Shown: positions 52,615 through 62,616, counted from the stretch's first letter. The stretch is 64,000 nucleotides of DNA from Victivallales bacterium (GCA_045589595.1 JAZNPK010000002.1:76395-140394), one strand, 5' to 3'. Translations and numbers: made by a program. The notes: generated by a model from the letters alone, not told the origin.

Positions 52615-55600
52615 AGATCCTGAAACTCATCCTGCGGAATATCAACAGCCTGTATGGAACATGGACGATCGATTTCACCGATCCCGCATTCTCAGGTGGA
52701 ATTTTTGTCATCACCGGGAAAACCGGATCCGGAAAAACAACCCTGCTGGACGGTATGGCACTGGCACTTTACGCCTCAACGCCCCGTATCCCCTACAGCA
52801 GCAGAAGCGCGGAAGTCGTCAGCCGCGGTGCCGCCGATTGTCTGGCAGAACTTACATTTGAATCCGGCGGTCATACCTACATCGCTTCCTTTTCCTACAG
52901 CTCCTACAAAAAAGGTCCCAAAAAAGGTCAGCTGAACGAGAAATACAGTCATACCCTTGCCAGAGACGGAACCGTGATCGCGGACCTTTCCACACAGGTT
53001 CAGCAGCTGGTGCAGGAAGTCACCGGTCTGGACCGGAACCGGTTCTGCCGGACCGTTATGCTCGCACAGGGAAAATTTGATGCCTTTCTCAGTGCCAAAA
53101 AAGATAAAGCCCCCATCCTCGAACAGATCACCGGTACAGAGATCTATACAAAAATCGCCGCCGGAATCAAGGACCATTTCGATCAGGCAAATGACGATCT
53201 GGAACGCATTGAGAACGATTGTCAGGGAATACAACTGCTCTCCGGTGAGGTGGAAAACGAAAAAATACTCACCCTCCGGAATACAAAAATTCAGCTCGAA
53301 AATCTCATAACACAGCAGAAACAACTGGACGATCACCGTCAGGCGTTTCTGGCGGCGGAACGGTGCCGAAACGATCTGACGGAAAATTCTGCGGAGCTGC
53401 AGCTGGTGATGGATGAGATCCGGGCGTTTGCGCCGGAAAAGATGCGTCTGGAACTTGCTAGAAAAGCCGAACCGCTCCGTGTTATCAAAGAGGCGCTGGA
53501 TGATCTGAAGCAGAAAAATACGGAGACCATCGAAAAACTGGAACTGCAGGAAAAACTGATCCCTGCATTGGAAAACGGAGTCCGAACAACGGAAACCGCA
53601 AGAACTGCCGCTGCGGCTCAGACGGAAAAACTTCTTGCGGAACAGAATCGTCTTCAGGCTCTTCTTGTTGAAGTGCGTGAACTTGACCGGTTCATTGCGG
53701 AACATACAACATCTCTTGCTGCATATCTTAAACAGATCGCCGAAGAAAAGAAGATCCTTGCTGCCGAACAGAATAAAATCTCCCAATACCGCAGCACTCT
53801 TGACGAACTCAACCGGAATTTTGAGGCGGATAAAGCCTACTGTTCAACGCACGGAGAGGATTCTTCCCTTGCCGAACGGGCTGCACGCTGGCGGGAATCT
53901 GTCAAAAATATTGCATCTCTGTGGCAGAAGATCCTGCAGATGAAAAAGTCTCTTGTTCCGGCTGCGGAGGAACATACCGCTGCGGCAAATGCCGTGACGG
54001 CGGCAGAGAAAAAGAAAGTCTCCCTTGAATCTGCATGGAAAACACAGCAGGATCAACTGGAACAGCTCCGTCAGCAGATCGCCGGTTGTGAAGCCCGGTC
54101 CTCGCTGGAAAAACGCAAAGAATCGCTGCTCCGCAATATGAGCCTGATCCGCGATATCCTGAATTATGAAGACGCCCGGAAGCATCTGCAGGATGGTTTA
54201 CCCTGTCCGCTCTGCGGTGCAAAGGAACACCCCTTTGCCGCCGGAAATATTCCCGCTGTGGATCAGAACGAAGCGGAGCTGGCGGAAATCGGTGCCGCCC
54301 TGCAGGATCTGGATGTGCTTGAACAAAAGATCCGGTCTGCGGAAACGGCACTTCAGAACGGGGAAAATGCTGTTCACCGCGCCGAACTGGATCTTCAGAT
54401 GAAACAACAACTCCGGGATGGTGCGGCACGCAGACTGCAGGAGTTGCAGACCGCTGTTGATTCTGCTGAAACGGAATACCGGAACCTCTGGAATGATCAG
54501 GATCAGGAATTCAAGTCTGCCGGTTTCCAATGGGATGGAACATTCCCGGAAGAGATCGACCGCCGGATCCGGGCGTGGCGCGATGCTGTGGCGCGGCAGG
54601 AAGATTTTGAACAGACAAGCCAGTCTGTCAACACGGAACTCTCGCTCGCACGATCCAGAGCCGACGACGCCGCAAAGCGTTTGCAGGCGGCTGAAATATC
54701 TCATACTGAAAAAACGGCTGAACTGGAACATGTTACCGCAGTGCGTACAGAACGCTTCGGCAAACGCGATCCCGATCAGGAACAGCAGCTGATGACGGAG
54801 GCTGTCCGCAAAGCCGAACAGGAAAACCGTACTGCATCTGTTGCCGCCGCCCGTGCCGCGTCTGCATTGGAGCAGGCGCATCAGCAATGCGAAAAATTCC
54901 GTCAGGAGATCGGACAGTGTGCGTCGGCGATCGCGGAATCGGAAAAACATTTTACGGAAAAATGCCGCGAACTTTCCATTGATCCGGCTCAATGTCCCCT
55001 GATGGATGCGGAGGATCTGGACCGCCTTTCTGCCGCGTCCGCCAGTCTCACTGCGCGGGAAACTCAACTCCGTCAGGATGCGCTCCAACTTACCGCTGAA
55101 CTTGAAAATGTCAGCGCATCTCTTCCGGAAGATTTTGATATTCAAAGCGTTCAGGAAATTCTTGCATCTCTTCCGGATCAACTGAACTCCATTTCCAACA
55201 GTATCGGTGCATTGGAAATGGAACTCAAGCACAACGCCGCGGAAAAAGAACGCCTCGCCGGAAAAATGACGGAACTGGAAAGTATCAGGAAAAATGCGGA
55301 CCGCTGGGGCAATCTTTACAATCTCATCGGCAAAGGCAACCAGTTCCAGCGGATCGCCCAGGGGATCACTTTGGACAACCTGCTTGCCATGGCGAATCTG
55401 GAACTGAAGCATCTCTGCAACCGTTACGAATTGATACGGTCAGAGAAAGATCCGCTGGAGCTGCTGATCGATGTTGTGGACTACGATCAGGGGGGCGAAA
55501 TACGCTCAAGCGACAGCCTTTCAGGCGGTGAACGCTTCGTGGTGTCCCTGTCTCTGGCGCTTGGCTTGAGCCGTATGGCGGGCGAACGGATCCGGGTGGA

Positions 55601-55820
55601 TTCCCTGTTCATTGATGAAGGGTTCGGAACTTTGGATGAAGGAATCCTGCAGATCGTGATGAATGCCCTCGGAAAACTCCGTAACGATGGAAAACTGGTG
55701 GGGATCATCAGCCATGTTTCAGGTCTGGAAGAACAGATCTCCTGTGTGTTGGAGCTGACATCTTCAGGAGAGGGACGCAGCGTCCTTTCCGGTCCGGGCG
55801 TCACCCGGGGCGATGACTGA
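52611..55820 (+). CDS. sbcC: Exonuclease SbcC (Rad50-like SMC ATPase subunit)
   Basis: Track ORF 52302..55820; ATG MKILKLILRNINSLYG at 52611, overlapping the sbcD stop as ATGA. Walker [14 protein letters not shown], long coiled coils, zinc hook CPLCG, signature LSGGERFVVSLSLALGL, Walker B LFIDEGFGTLD. Confidence 0.9.
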   Translation: MKILKLILRNINSLYGTWTIDFTDPAFSGGIFVITGKTGSGKTTLLDGMALALYASTPRIPYSSRSAEVVSRGAADCLAELTFESGGHTYIASFSYSSYKKGPKKGQLNEKYSHTLARDGTVIADLSTQVQQLVQEVTGLDRNRFCRTVMLAQGKFDAFLSAKKDKAPILEQITGTEIYTKIAAGIKDHFDQANDDLERIENDCQGIQLLSGEVENEKILTLRNTKIQLENLITQQKQLDDHRQAFLAAERCRNDLTENSAELQLVMDEIRAFAPEKMRLELARKAEPLRVIKEALDDLKQKNTETIEKLELQEKLIPALENGVRTTETARTAAAAQTEKLLAEQNRLQALLVEVRELDRFIAEHTTSLAAYLKQIAEEKKILAAEQNKISQYRSTLDELNRNFEADKAYCSTHGEDSSLAERAARWRESVKNIASLWQKILQMKKSLVPAAEEHTAAANAVTAAEKKKVSLESAWKTQQDQLEQLRQQIAGCEARSSLEKRKESLLRNMSLIRDILNYEDARKHLQDGLPCPLCGAKEHPFAAGNIPAVDQNEAELAEIGAALQDLDVLEQKIRSAETALQNGENAVHRAELDLQMKQQLRDGAARRLQELQTAVDSAETEYRNLWNDQDQEFKSAGFQWDGTFPEEIDRRIRAWRDAVARQEDFEQTSQSVNTELSLARSRADDAAKRLQAAEISHTEKTAELEHVTAVRTERFGKRDPDQEQQLMTEAVRKAEQENRTASVAAARAASALEQAHQQCEKFRQEIGQCASAIAESEKHFTEKCRELSIDPAQCPLMDAEDLDRLSAASASLTARETQLRQDALQLTAELENVSASLPEDFDIQSVQEILASLPDQLNSISNSIGALEMELKHNAAEKERLAGKMTELESIRKNADRWGNLYNLIGKGNQFQRIAQGITLDNLLAMANLELKHLCNRYELIRSEKDPLELLIDVVDYDQGGEIRSSDSLSGGERFVVSLSLALGLSRMAGERIRVDSLFIDEGFGTLDEGILQIVMNALGKLRNDGKLVGIISHVSGLEEQISCVLELTSSGEGRSVLSGPGVTRGDD

Positions 55821-55826
55821 ACAATA

Positions 55827-55910
55827 TGGTGCGCGACGCGGGACTTGAACCCGCAAGCCTTTCGGCGAAGGAACCTAAATCCTTTGTGTTTGCCATTTCA
55901 CCAGCCGCGC
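55827..55910 (-). tRNA. tRNA-Leu (TAG)
   Basis: The reverse complement is gcgcggctggtgaaatggcaaacacaaaggatttaggttccttcgccgaaaggcttgcgggttcaagtcccgcgtcgcgcacca. Anticodon loop ttTAGgt, a long variable arm, encoded CCA, 84 nt. Confidence 0.88.
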
Positions 55911-55969
55911 ATCAGATGAATCTGTTTTAATATACATCCCCTTTGTGAGAAAACAATACCGCTGTGAAT

Positions 55970-55999
55970 AAAAAAAGCCATCCGCGCGGATGGCTTTTT
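55970..55999. terminator. Bidirectional rho-independent terminator (serves 56013..56345 on the minus strand)
   Basis: aaaaaaagccatccg-cg-cggatggcttttt: a 9-bp stem flanked by A7 and T5. Coordinates were codon-walked against ORF 55964... Confidence 0.8.
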
Positions 56000-56012
56000 C
56001 TGTCCCGGTCGA

Positions 56013-56345
56013 TCAGCGGCGGCCGCGGCGCGGCGGGGGCGGAGCATGACGCCGCGGGGGAGGTGCCGGACGGTAATGACGCGGCGGCGGGGGAGGCGGT
56101 GTTACGATCACCGGACGCGGCGGCGGGGGAGGCGGCGGTGCCACAACTACTGCCGGAGCGGGCGTATTGCCGCTGAGAACAGAGAGTCCCACCAGTGAGT
56201 TGGTTACAATACTTACGATGTCAGCCGCGCGACGCAGATTGCGTTCGCCCTTGCTGGGATCGTGATGGTGTCTTGCGGAGAGTGCGCCGAGTGTCAGGAC
56301 GCAGAGTGCAAGCGTGCAAATCAGTTTTGTTGTTCTTGTCTTCAT
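56013..56345 (-). CDS. Small secreted protein with cationic poly-proline C-terminus
   Basis: 110 aa; RBS ggaaggaaggag. Signal peptide MKTRTTKLICTLALCVLTLGALSA. The C-terminal 55 aa are VVAPPPPPPPRPVIVTPPPPPPRHYRPAPPPRRHAPPPPRRGRR. No family recognised. Confidence 0.6.
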   Translation of the reverse strand: MKTRTTKLICTLALCVLTLGALSARHHHDPSKGERNLRRAADIVSIVTNSLVGLSVLSGNTPAPAVVVAPPPPPPPRPVIVTPPPPPPRHYRPAPPPRRHAPPPPRRGRR

Positions 56346-56402
56346 AGTACAACTCCTTCCTTCCGGTCGCCCGGACCATTATTGTGTATCATCTTTCTAC
56401 CT

Positions 56403-56430
56403 ACGATACACCATTAACGGAAAATGTCAA
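56403..56430 (-). promoter_or_regulatory. Candidate sigma70 promoter for 56013..56345
   Basis: On the minus strand TTGACA (~56430-56425), a 16-nt spacer, then TATCGT (~56408-56403). A 7-bp hairpin gtgtatc...gatacac lies in the leader. Coordinates are not anchored to an ORF. Confidence 0.4.
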
Positions 56431-56471
56431 ATATTTATTGCATCTTTTTTTGAGAAAGTTTGATTTTTTAA

Positions 56472-57173
56472 TTATTTGGTATTCCAAACGACTCCATCTT
56501 TCAGCGTGACCGTTCTGTCGGCGAGGGCGGCGATGGATTGATCGTGTGTGACCATAACGATCGTCGTATTCTGTGTTTTGCGGATCGTTTGGAAGATTTC
56601 CAGGATCCCGCTTCCGGTGACGGAATCCAGATTCCCTGTGGGTTCGTCCGCCAGAAGCAGATCGGGGGAATTGATCAATGCTCTTGCGATGGCGGCACGC
56701 TGCTGTTCACCGCCGGAAAGTTCATTGGGGCGGTGTTTCATTCTGTGTGCGAGCCCTACGGAATCCAGCAGATCCGCGGCGCGCTGCTGCGTTTCTTTTT
56801 TGTTCCCGCCGGCGAAAAGCATGGGGAGCATCACATTTTCCAGAATGTTCAGTTCGGGCATGATATGGTATGCCTGAAAGACAAACCCGATGTGTTTGCG
56901 CCGGAAATTCACGAGGGCATTACCGGAAAGTTTTGCAGGATTTATTCCGTCGATCATGACCAGCCCGCTGTCCGGCGTTGAAATGGTGCCGATGATGTCG
57001 AGCAGAGTTGTTTTTCCGCTGCCGGATGCGCCGAGCAGGGTGATCCATTCGCCCCGTTCAGCCTGCAGGGATACCCCCTTGAGGACTTCCAGACCGGTCC
57101 GTGCGATACGGAATGTTTTACGGATCCCGGACAACTGCAGGAAGGGCGTATTCGGTTCTGTGTTGTTATTCAT
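56472..57173 (-). CDS. lolD: Lipoprotein-releasing/MacB-type ABC transporter ATP-binding protein (LolD-like)
   Basis: 233 aa. Walker [12 protein letters not shown], signature [15 protein letters not shown], Walker [13 protein letters not shown]. An 8-nt overlap with the permease gene. Confidence 0.85.
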   Translation of the reverse strand: MNNNTEPNTPFLQLSGIRKTFRIARTGLEVLKGVSLQAERGEWITLLGASGSGKTTLLDIIGTISTPDSGLVMIDGINPAKLSGNALVNFRRKHIGFVFQAYHIMPELNILENVMLPMLFAGGNKKETQQRAADLLDSVGLAHRMKHRPNELSGGEQQRAAIARALINSPDLLLADEPTGNLDSVTGSGILEIFQTIRKTQNTTIVMVTHDQSIAALADRTVTLKDGVVWNTK

Positions 57174-58521
57174 AGCGCAAAGCCCTCGCCGGATCCAGTT
57201 TTGCTGCCCGTATTGCAGGGATCAGTGCGCCGCAGGTGCAGAGTGCAATACTGATAATTGTGATCAGTGCCACATCCCCCCAGACGATATGAGCCGGCAG
57301 TTCATTGAAAAGATACATCTGTTTCGGGAAGATCTCCGCCCCGGTGATCAGCCGGAGCAGATCCAGGATCTTCATACGGTAAATGACAACCAGATAGCCC
57401 AGCAGGATCCCGAAGCAGGACCCGATAACGCCCACAAATGCGCCCTGCAGCACAAAGATCCGCATGATCGCACCGGAAGGCGCGCCCATGGATTTGAGCA
57501 GGCCGATCTCTCTTGTTTTCTGGATCACAGTGGTGATCAGGGTATTGGTGATGCTGAATGCCGCCACAAGAACGATGAAGATCAGCAGGAAGAACATCAT
57601 ATTTTTTTCCACTGCGAGAACGCCGAGGATCTGCCGGTGCATATCATGCCAGCTGAGATACAATACGCCGAACGCCCGCGGCTGACGCAGTTCCTGCCGG
57701 ACAGCATCGCTGAAACTGTCCATGTGGAAGGGATCTTTTGTCCAGAGGAAAATGTGAGTGGCATCGCCCCAGGAAAGACCGAAAAGGTCGTTGGCGTCTT
57801 CCAGCGCCATAAAGATCACGTTCCGGTCGAAATCGTATTTATCGAAGGAATAGATCCCGGATACGGTAAATTCGGCAGGCAGATATTTTTCCGCATTTTC
57901 GTCCAGCGCATATCTGCCGTTTTCATCTTTCTTTACCATACTCATCAATCTGCCGGGGGTATGAAGAATGATCTTGCTTCCGGCTTCAAGACGGAATTCA
58001 TCCGCCATTACGGAACTGATGAGGACTTCACGGGGACCCAGGGAGTAACTGCCCATGGCTCTGGGGAATTGCTGATTGTCTGCCGCGCGTTTCACAGCTT
58101 CGCGCAAGGGGAAATAAGGCGTTTCTTTCGTGGCGTCCAGCGCGATCAGGAGTTTCGGATTGAAACTTTCGCCGACCTGCAGCAGAACCGGCGATTTGAG
58201 AACGGCAGCCGCATCCGCAGCACCCAGTTCTTTCAGCCGGTTGACCCAGACCGCCGCTTCCAGTTCGGAAAATTTACCGGCTGCGCCGTTGGGATGCCGT
58301 GCAGAAGTGATGACCTGTTTCTGGAGTTGACCGTGTGCGCCGGTTTCCAGCAGTTTGTTTTTCAGATGATCGGTAAAGCCTGTCATAACGGCGAGGACCA
58401 CGATCAGTACGCCGACGCCGAGTGCAACGCCGATAACGCTGATCAGGGTGATCACACTGACCGCACTGCGTTTCGGCTTGAAGTAGCGCCATGCAAGGAA
58501 AAGTTCTGTCCGGAAACTCAT
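57166..58521 (-). CDS. Lipoprotein-releasing system permease (LolC/LolE, FtsX/MacB-PCD family)
   Basis: 451 aa. N-terminal TM helix, a large periplasmic domain, and a C-terminal FtsX 3-TM module (IGLLKSMGAPSGAIMRIFVLQGAFVG). Confidence 0.85.
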   Translation of the reverse strand: MSFRTELFLAWRYFKPKRSAVSVITLISVIGVALGVGVLIVVLAVMTGFTDHLKNKLLETGAHGQLQKQVITSARHPNGAAGKFSELEAAVWVNRLKELGAADAAAVLKSPVLLQVGESFNPKLLIALDATKETPYFPLREAVKRAADNQQFPRAMGSYSLGPREVLISSVMADEFRLEAGSKIILHTPGRLMSMVKKDENGRYALDENAEKYLPAEFTVSGIYSFDKYDFDRNVIFMALEDANDLFGLSWGDATHIFLWTKDPFHMDSFSDAVRQELRQPRAFGVLYLSWHDMHRQILGVLAVEKNMMFFLLIFIVLVAAFSITNTLITTVIQKTREIGLLKSMGAPSGAIMRIFVLQGAFVGVIGSCFGILLGYLVVIYRMKILDLLRLITGAEIFPKQMYLFNELPAHIVWGDVALITIISIALCTCGALIPAIRAAKLDPARALRYE

Positions 58522-58670
58522 TTTTTTACGATCGACCGCAGGGTTGATATCTGTACTCTTTTCTGTAATATAGCATCTAATTCATACATTTCCATTTGTA
58601 TTTTATAAAAAAATGCGTTATATTCCGTTGAAAAGAAACAGAATCCTCACTGATAACAGGAGAAAATACC

Positions 58671-60677
58671 ATGAAACACATGATCGCTCTCTCATTTCTT
58701 GCCGCAGTCCTGCTGACAGGGACCGTATCCGCCGCAGACGCAGAGGCGCCCGCCAAGACCGTAAAAGCCGTGCTGTGTGAGCCGGGTGTTCCGGTGGAAG
58801 GTGGTTTCGACAACCGGTTCGTTCCTTACCACAAGGACAGCAAAGACACCATGCCGGAAACGTCGTTCCGGGTGGATTACAATGAGTTTTTCTGGGCGCT
58901 TGACATCCGTCTGAAAGAGCCGGATAAATCTGTTGACAATGTGCTTGAGATCTTTTTTGTGCCGGAAGGTGCGCCCTCCTACTATCAGCTTTACGGCAGT
59001 GTGCGGGACAGAACTCTGGCGTTTTATCCCCACGGAACTTTCCGGGACCGGACGCATCCCTATCCCCAGGAAGATTTCGGGATCAGTTACCACGAAACGC
59101 CGGACGGATATCAGGTCCGCGTGATGGTGCCGTGGTCGAATTTCCTCTATCAGTTTGAAAATCCGGAGTGGAAATTCAATCTTGTCCGGGCGCGTGGCGC
59201 TGCACGTTTCACCTGGCAGGGCGAACTGCACAAACCGGAACAGTGGGGGAAGATCTCCTTTGCCGGTTTGGATCAGGAAACACAGGCAAACCGCTACCGT
59301 CAGTTGATCCGCCGTCTGAATGAACAGGCGGCAAACCGGACGGGATATTTCCGTTTCGATCCGGACAGATACAACAACCGTTCCCATCAGATCTGGTGCG
59401 ATACGCTCGCCAGAGAATTTTCTCAATACGCCAAACAGATCGCCAATCTGGAAAATGTGGCGGAGAATGTGGATATTTCCGTCTATAAAAATATGTTTGA
59501 AAAGATGCGGTCCCGTCTGGAACGCCGCAGATTTGTGGCGACTCTCCCCTTCTACAGACTTACCGGGACCGGCGACTGGAATTATTACAGCGCCGTCCGG
59601 AATGACGATGGCTCGTGGACCAAAACACCGCTTGACAATGTTCAGTGGAACGAAATCTGGCAATTTTCAACAGCTGCCGGCAGTAAATGGAATACTCCGT
59701 ACCGCATTGCCGAACACGTGATCACTCAGGAAATGGAGCCGGACGCTGAACTTTATCTGACCAACTTTGCCGCACCTGCATCTGATCCGGAGATCGTCTG
59801 GATCGCCCTGCATAACGATAAACAGGTCGCCACCGGAAAGATCAAAGATCTGCCGCTGAACATCAAGATCGGCAAAGTCAAAAAAGGCGACCGCGTCGGT
59901 GCCGCCATGGTCCATCCCGGGAAAAACGGCAGACCCCATCTCCGTTTTACGCTGGAAGTATGCCGGAACGGGATCCAGCCCGGTCCCGCATTCCAGACAG
60001 ATCGCCCCCGCGCAACGGAAGCCGCCCCCAAACGGCTCCCCGATGGCAGTGTTCCGGGCACTTATCTGCATCGTACGCTCGGACATCTTTATGCCATCCG
60101 GAAAGCTTGTACAAGCGGAAAAATGCCCCGGGTCTATTTTGTGGGCGATTCCATTACGGACGGTCTCCACGGGAAAGCCTGGGATACGATCGCCAAGTAC
60201 CGCCCCTTCAATCTGGGGATCAGCGGCGACTGGACCCAGAACGTGCTGTGGCGTCTCCAGAGCGGTCCCTTCGGACAACCCGGACCGCTGGATGAATGTA
60301 AACCTGAACTCCTGGTGCTGATGATCGGCACCAACAACGGCACTTATTCCATTCAGGAAGTGGCGGACGGCATCAAGGCCATTCTGGAACTGACGCGGCG
60401 GAAATCGCCCGAAACAAAGATCCTGCTGCTGGGGATCTTCCCCCGCGGAAAATTCCATGCCGTGGATTGCCGTATCGAAAAAATCAACGCCATCATCAAG
60501 ACCTATGCAGACAACCGGATGATCTTCTACAAGGACCTCGCTTATCTGTTCATTGATGAAAACCGGAATGTCCGCCGCGATCTGCTGCCGGATGGACTCC
60601 ACCCCGGCAGAGTCGGAAATCAGGTCTGGATGGATGCCATGCTCCCCCTGCTGGATCAACTGTTGCCGGAAAAATGA
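58671..60677 (+). CDS. Secreted two-domain protein: N-terminal beta-rich (CBM9/DOMON-like?) region plus C-terminal SGNH/GDSL hydrolase
   Basis: 668 aa; RBS aggaga; signal peptide MKHMIALSFLAAVLLTGTVSA. SGNH blocks FVGDSITDG (I), GISGDWT (II), MIGTNN (III) and DGLHP (V). The N-terminal domain assignment is a guess. Confidence 0.8.
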   Translation: MKHMIALSFLAAVLLTGTVSAADAEAPAKTVKAVLCEPGVPVEGGFDNRFVPYHKDSKDTMPETSFRVDYNEFFWALDIRLKEPDKSVDNVLEIFFVPEGAPSYYQLYGSVRDRTLAFYPHGTFRDRTHPYPQEDFGISYHETPDGYQVRVMVPWSNFLYQFENPEWKFNLVRARGAARFTWQGELHKPEQWGKISFAGLDQETQANRYRQLIRRLNEQAANRTGYFRFDPDRYNNRSHQIWCDTLAREFSQYAKQIANLENVAENVDISVYKNMFEKMRSRLERRRFVATLPFYRLTGTGDWNYYSAVRNDDGSWTKTPLDNVQWNEIWQFSTAAGSKWNTPYRIAEHVITQEMEPDAELYLTNFAAPASDPEIVWIALHNDKQVATGKIKDLPLNIKIGKVKKGDRVGAAMVHPGKNGRPHLRFTLEVCRNGIQPGPAFQTDRPRATEAAPKRLPDGSVPGTYLHRTLGHLYAIRKACTSGKMPRVYFVGDSITDGLHGKAWDTIAKYRPFNLGISGDWTQNVLWRLQSGPFGQPGPLDECKPELLVLMIGTNNGTYSIQEVADGIKAILELTRRKSPETKILLLGIFPRGKFHAVDCRIEKINAIIKTYADNRMIFYKDLAYLFIDENRNVRRDLLPDGLHPGRVGNQVWMDAMLPLLDQLLPEK

Positions 60678-61339
60678 GAACCGATAAACATACCATCCTG
60701 TTCGATAACGACGGCGTTCTCGTAGATACAGAATCCCTGTTCTATGAGGCGAACTGCGTCATGCTGCGGGAGTACGGCGTTTTTCTGGATGAAAAAACAT
60801 TTGCCGAAATGAGTATGACCCGCGGAATGAGTCTGGCGGATATCATTGTCAGCCTCGGTAAAACGCCGGAAGAGGCGGAAGCCGCCAGACAGAAACGGAA
60901 CGGGATCTATAACATCATGCTTCAGGAACGGAGCGGCTCACTGGTCATTCCCGGTGTGCCGGAAGCGTTGGAAAAACTGCATCGTCATTTCCGGATCGGC
61001 ATCGTCACCTGTTGTCAGACCATCCATTTCAATACGATCCATGAATCATCCGGTTTGCGTCCCTACTTCGATTTTGTGGTGGGCGATGACGATTTTGTGC
61101 TGCATAAACCCCATCCGGAGCCGTATCTGACGGCGTTGCGTCACGCCGGGATCGAGGATCCGGCAGGGGCGATCGCGGTGGAGGATTCGGAACGGGGGAT
61201 CATGTCGGCTCAGGCGGCTGGGATCGAAGCAGCTGCCATTCCCCGCGGACCGAGTCTTTTCGGCGATTTTTCAAAGGCGGATCACCGGTTTGAAACGATC
61301 GGGGAATTTGCCGCCATGATGCTGGGGGACCGGACATAA
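60674..61339 (+). CDS. HAD-superfamily hydrolase (beta-phosphoglucomutase/phosphatase-like, subfamily IA)
   Basis: 221 aa. Motif I ILFDNDGVLVDTE, motif II IVTC, motif IV VEDSERG. ATGA overlap with the upstream gene. Confidence 0.85.
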   Translation: MRTDKHTILFDNDGVLVDTESLFYEANCVMLREYGVFLDEKTFAEMSMTRGMSLADIIVSLGKTPEEAEAARQKRNGIYNIMLQERSGSLVIPGVPEALEKLHRHFRIGIVTCCQTIHFNTIHESSGLRPYFDFVVGDDDFVLHKPHPEPYLTALRHAGIEDPAGAIAVEDSERGIMSAQAAGIEAAAIPRGPSLFGDFSKADHRFETIGEFAAMMLGDRT

Positions 61340-61343
61340 AAAA

Positions 61344-61417
61344 TGGCAACCTCATCAGGATTCGAACCTGAACTAAGTGGACCAAAACCACTTGTGCTAC
61401 CATTACACCATGAGGTT
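61344..61417 (-). tRNA. tRNA-Gln (TTG)
   Basis: The reverse complement is aacctcatggtgtaatggtagcacaagtggttttggtccacttagttcaggttcgaatcctgatgaggttgcca. Anticodon loop ttTTGgt, T arm tcagg-ttcgaat-cctga, encoded CCA, 74 nt. Coordinates were codon-walked against ORF 61377... Confidence 0.88.
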
Positions 61418-61500
61418 GCGCAGAAAAGAAATTGCGCTTACTTTAGCACCGATGCGGAAAAAATCAAGTCCCGCACCTGTATTTCCGATAAATTTTTCTC

Positions 61501-62616
61501 TTAACAGAGACGGTATTTTCCGGCGGAGAAAGATTCCAGATTCAGCGAGAATTTTCTGTCTTCGGGAACTTTGTAATCCGGATCCGTCTTCAGCACTTTT
61601 TCCAGAACTTCCGTACATTTCCCGCAATGGGTGCAGTTCACCGCACAGGCTCCGGCAATGCCGTCCGTGATCCAGTTGTCCGGAAACGCTTTGTTATCAA
61701 AGTACAACGCCCCGATCTGCCCGCTGTAATCCGGATCGAGGATCCGCAGCAGGTTGCCGTCGTAACTGCCGTTGATATATGCCTTGAGGATTTCATTGTG
61801 CTGGGTGTGACAGCGCGTGGAAAGTTTGAACACTTCCACATAAGGCGCGTAGTGGTGAATGTCTTCCGGACGGACCCAGGTGGCACGCAGCACTTCTTCA
61901 AAAAGATGCCGCTCCACGATCAGATTCCAGCACAGCGTCGCTTCCGAACGCATCCGCAGGACTTCGTTGGAAGACCGCTGGAACCCGTGGGCGAGCAGAG
62001 TTTCGTGGAATGTCTGGGACGGACAGTTCCGCAGACAGCCGCTGTTTGCCAGCATACAGAGTTTTTTGCCGTGGGCGGAACACCATTCGCTGAACTCGCG
62101 GATCGTTTTCAGATCGCGCTGAAAATCCCGGCTCATGTAGAAGGAATCGTAGAGATCCGACACATATTCCATGGCGAGGGTGGACCCGATCTTCAGGTTC
62201 ACGCTGGCGCGGATCTCGATTTCCGGATATTTTTCACGCAGCACTTTTGCCACAAAGGGGCTTGTGGTCGTGACGATCTCCGGCTTCACCCCGTTGTCGT
62301 CCAGATACGCAATGGCACTGATGATGGTTTTGCGCCACTCGGCGGTATAGGATTTTTCCCCGTAACAGGTGGCATTGATCAGCAGGTCCAACTTCAGACC
62401 GTAACCGCGGATGGTCCGCAGATCCCGGAGCAGAGCGGCACGGAGTTTTTCCGGATCGCCGTCCAGTTCCCGCGCGGAAAGAATACCGGGCAGGGGGAAA
62501 TAAACTTCAGCCAGTGCCGGGATATAGGGGGCAATGGCATCCATGAATGTATTGGGCTGCGCGCCGAAAAAGTATCCGACTGCAAATTTTTTCAGGTAGG
62601 GGAATTTCTGTTCCAT
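61501..62616 (-). CDS. Hypothetical Cys-rich protein (possibly U32-peptidase-like TIM barrel) with C-terminal CxxxCxxCxxC cluster
   Basis: 371 aa. MLANSGCLRNCPSQTFHE and the C-terminal GACAVNCTHCGKCTEV suggest Fe-S binding. Any resemblance to U32-family proteins is tentative and unverified. Confidence 0.6.
   Translation of the reverse strand: MEQKFPYLKKFAVGYFFGAQPNTFMDAIAPYIPALAEVYFPLPGILSARELDGDPEKLRAALLRDLRTIRGYGLKLDLLINATCYGEKSYTAEWRKTIISAIAYLDDNGVKPEIVTTTSPFVAKVLREKYPEIEIRASVNLKIGSTLAMEYVSDLYDSFYMSRDFQRDLKTIREFSEWCSAHGKKLCMLANSGCLRNCPSQTFHETLLAHGFQRSSNEVLRMRSEATLCWNLIVERHLFEEVLRATWVRPEDIHHYAPYVEVFKLSTRCHTQHNEILKAYINGSYDGNLLRILDPDYSGQIGALYFDNKAFPDNWITDGIAGACAVNCTHCGKCTEVLEKVLKTDPDYKVPEDRKFSLNLESFSAGKYRLC

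Noticed and set aside
51433-55820. SbcD/SbcC considered as a candidate novel defence system (an SMC-like ATPase plus nuclease resembles Wadjet, Lamassu or Gabija-type modules).
   Set aside because: Both proteins show the canonical housekeeping SbcCD architecture: Mre11 phosphoesterase motifs, Rad50 Walker A/B, a CPLCG zinc hook, and an ATGA-coupled pair. No extra partner genes are present.
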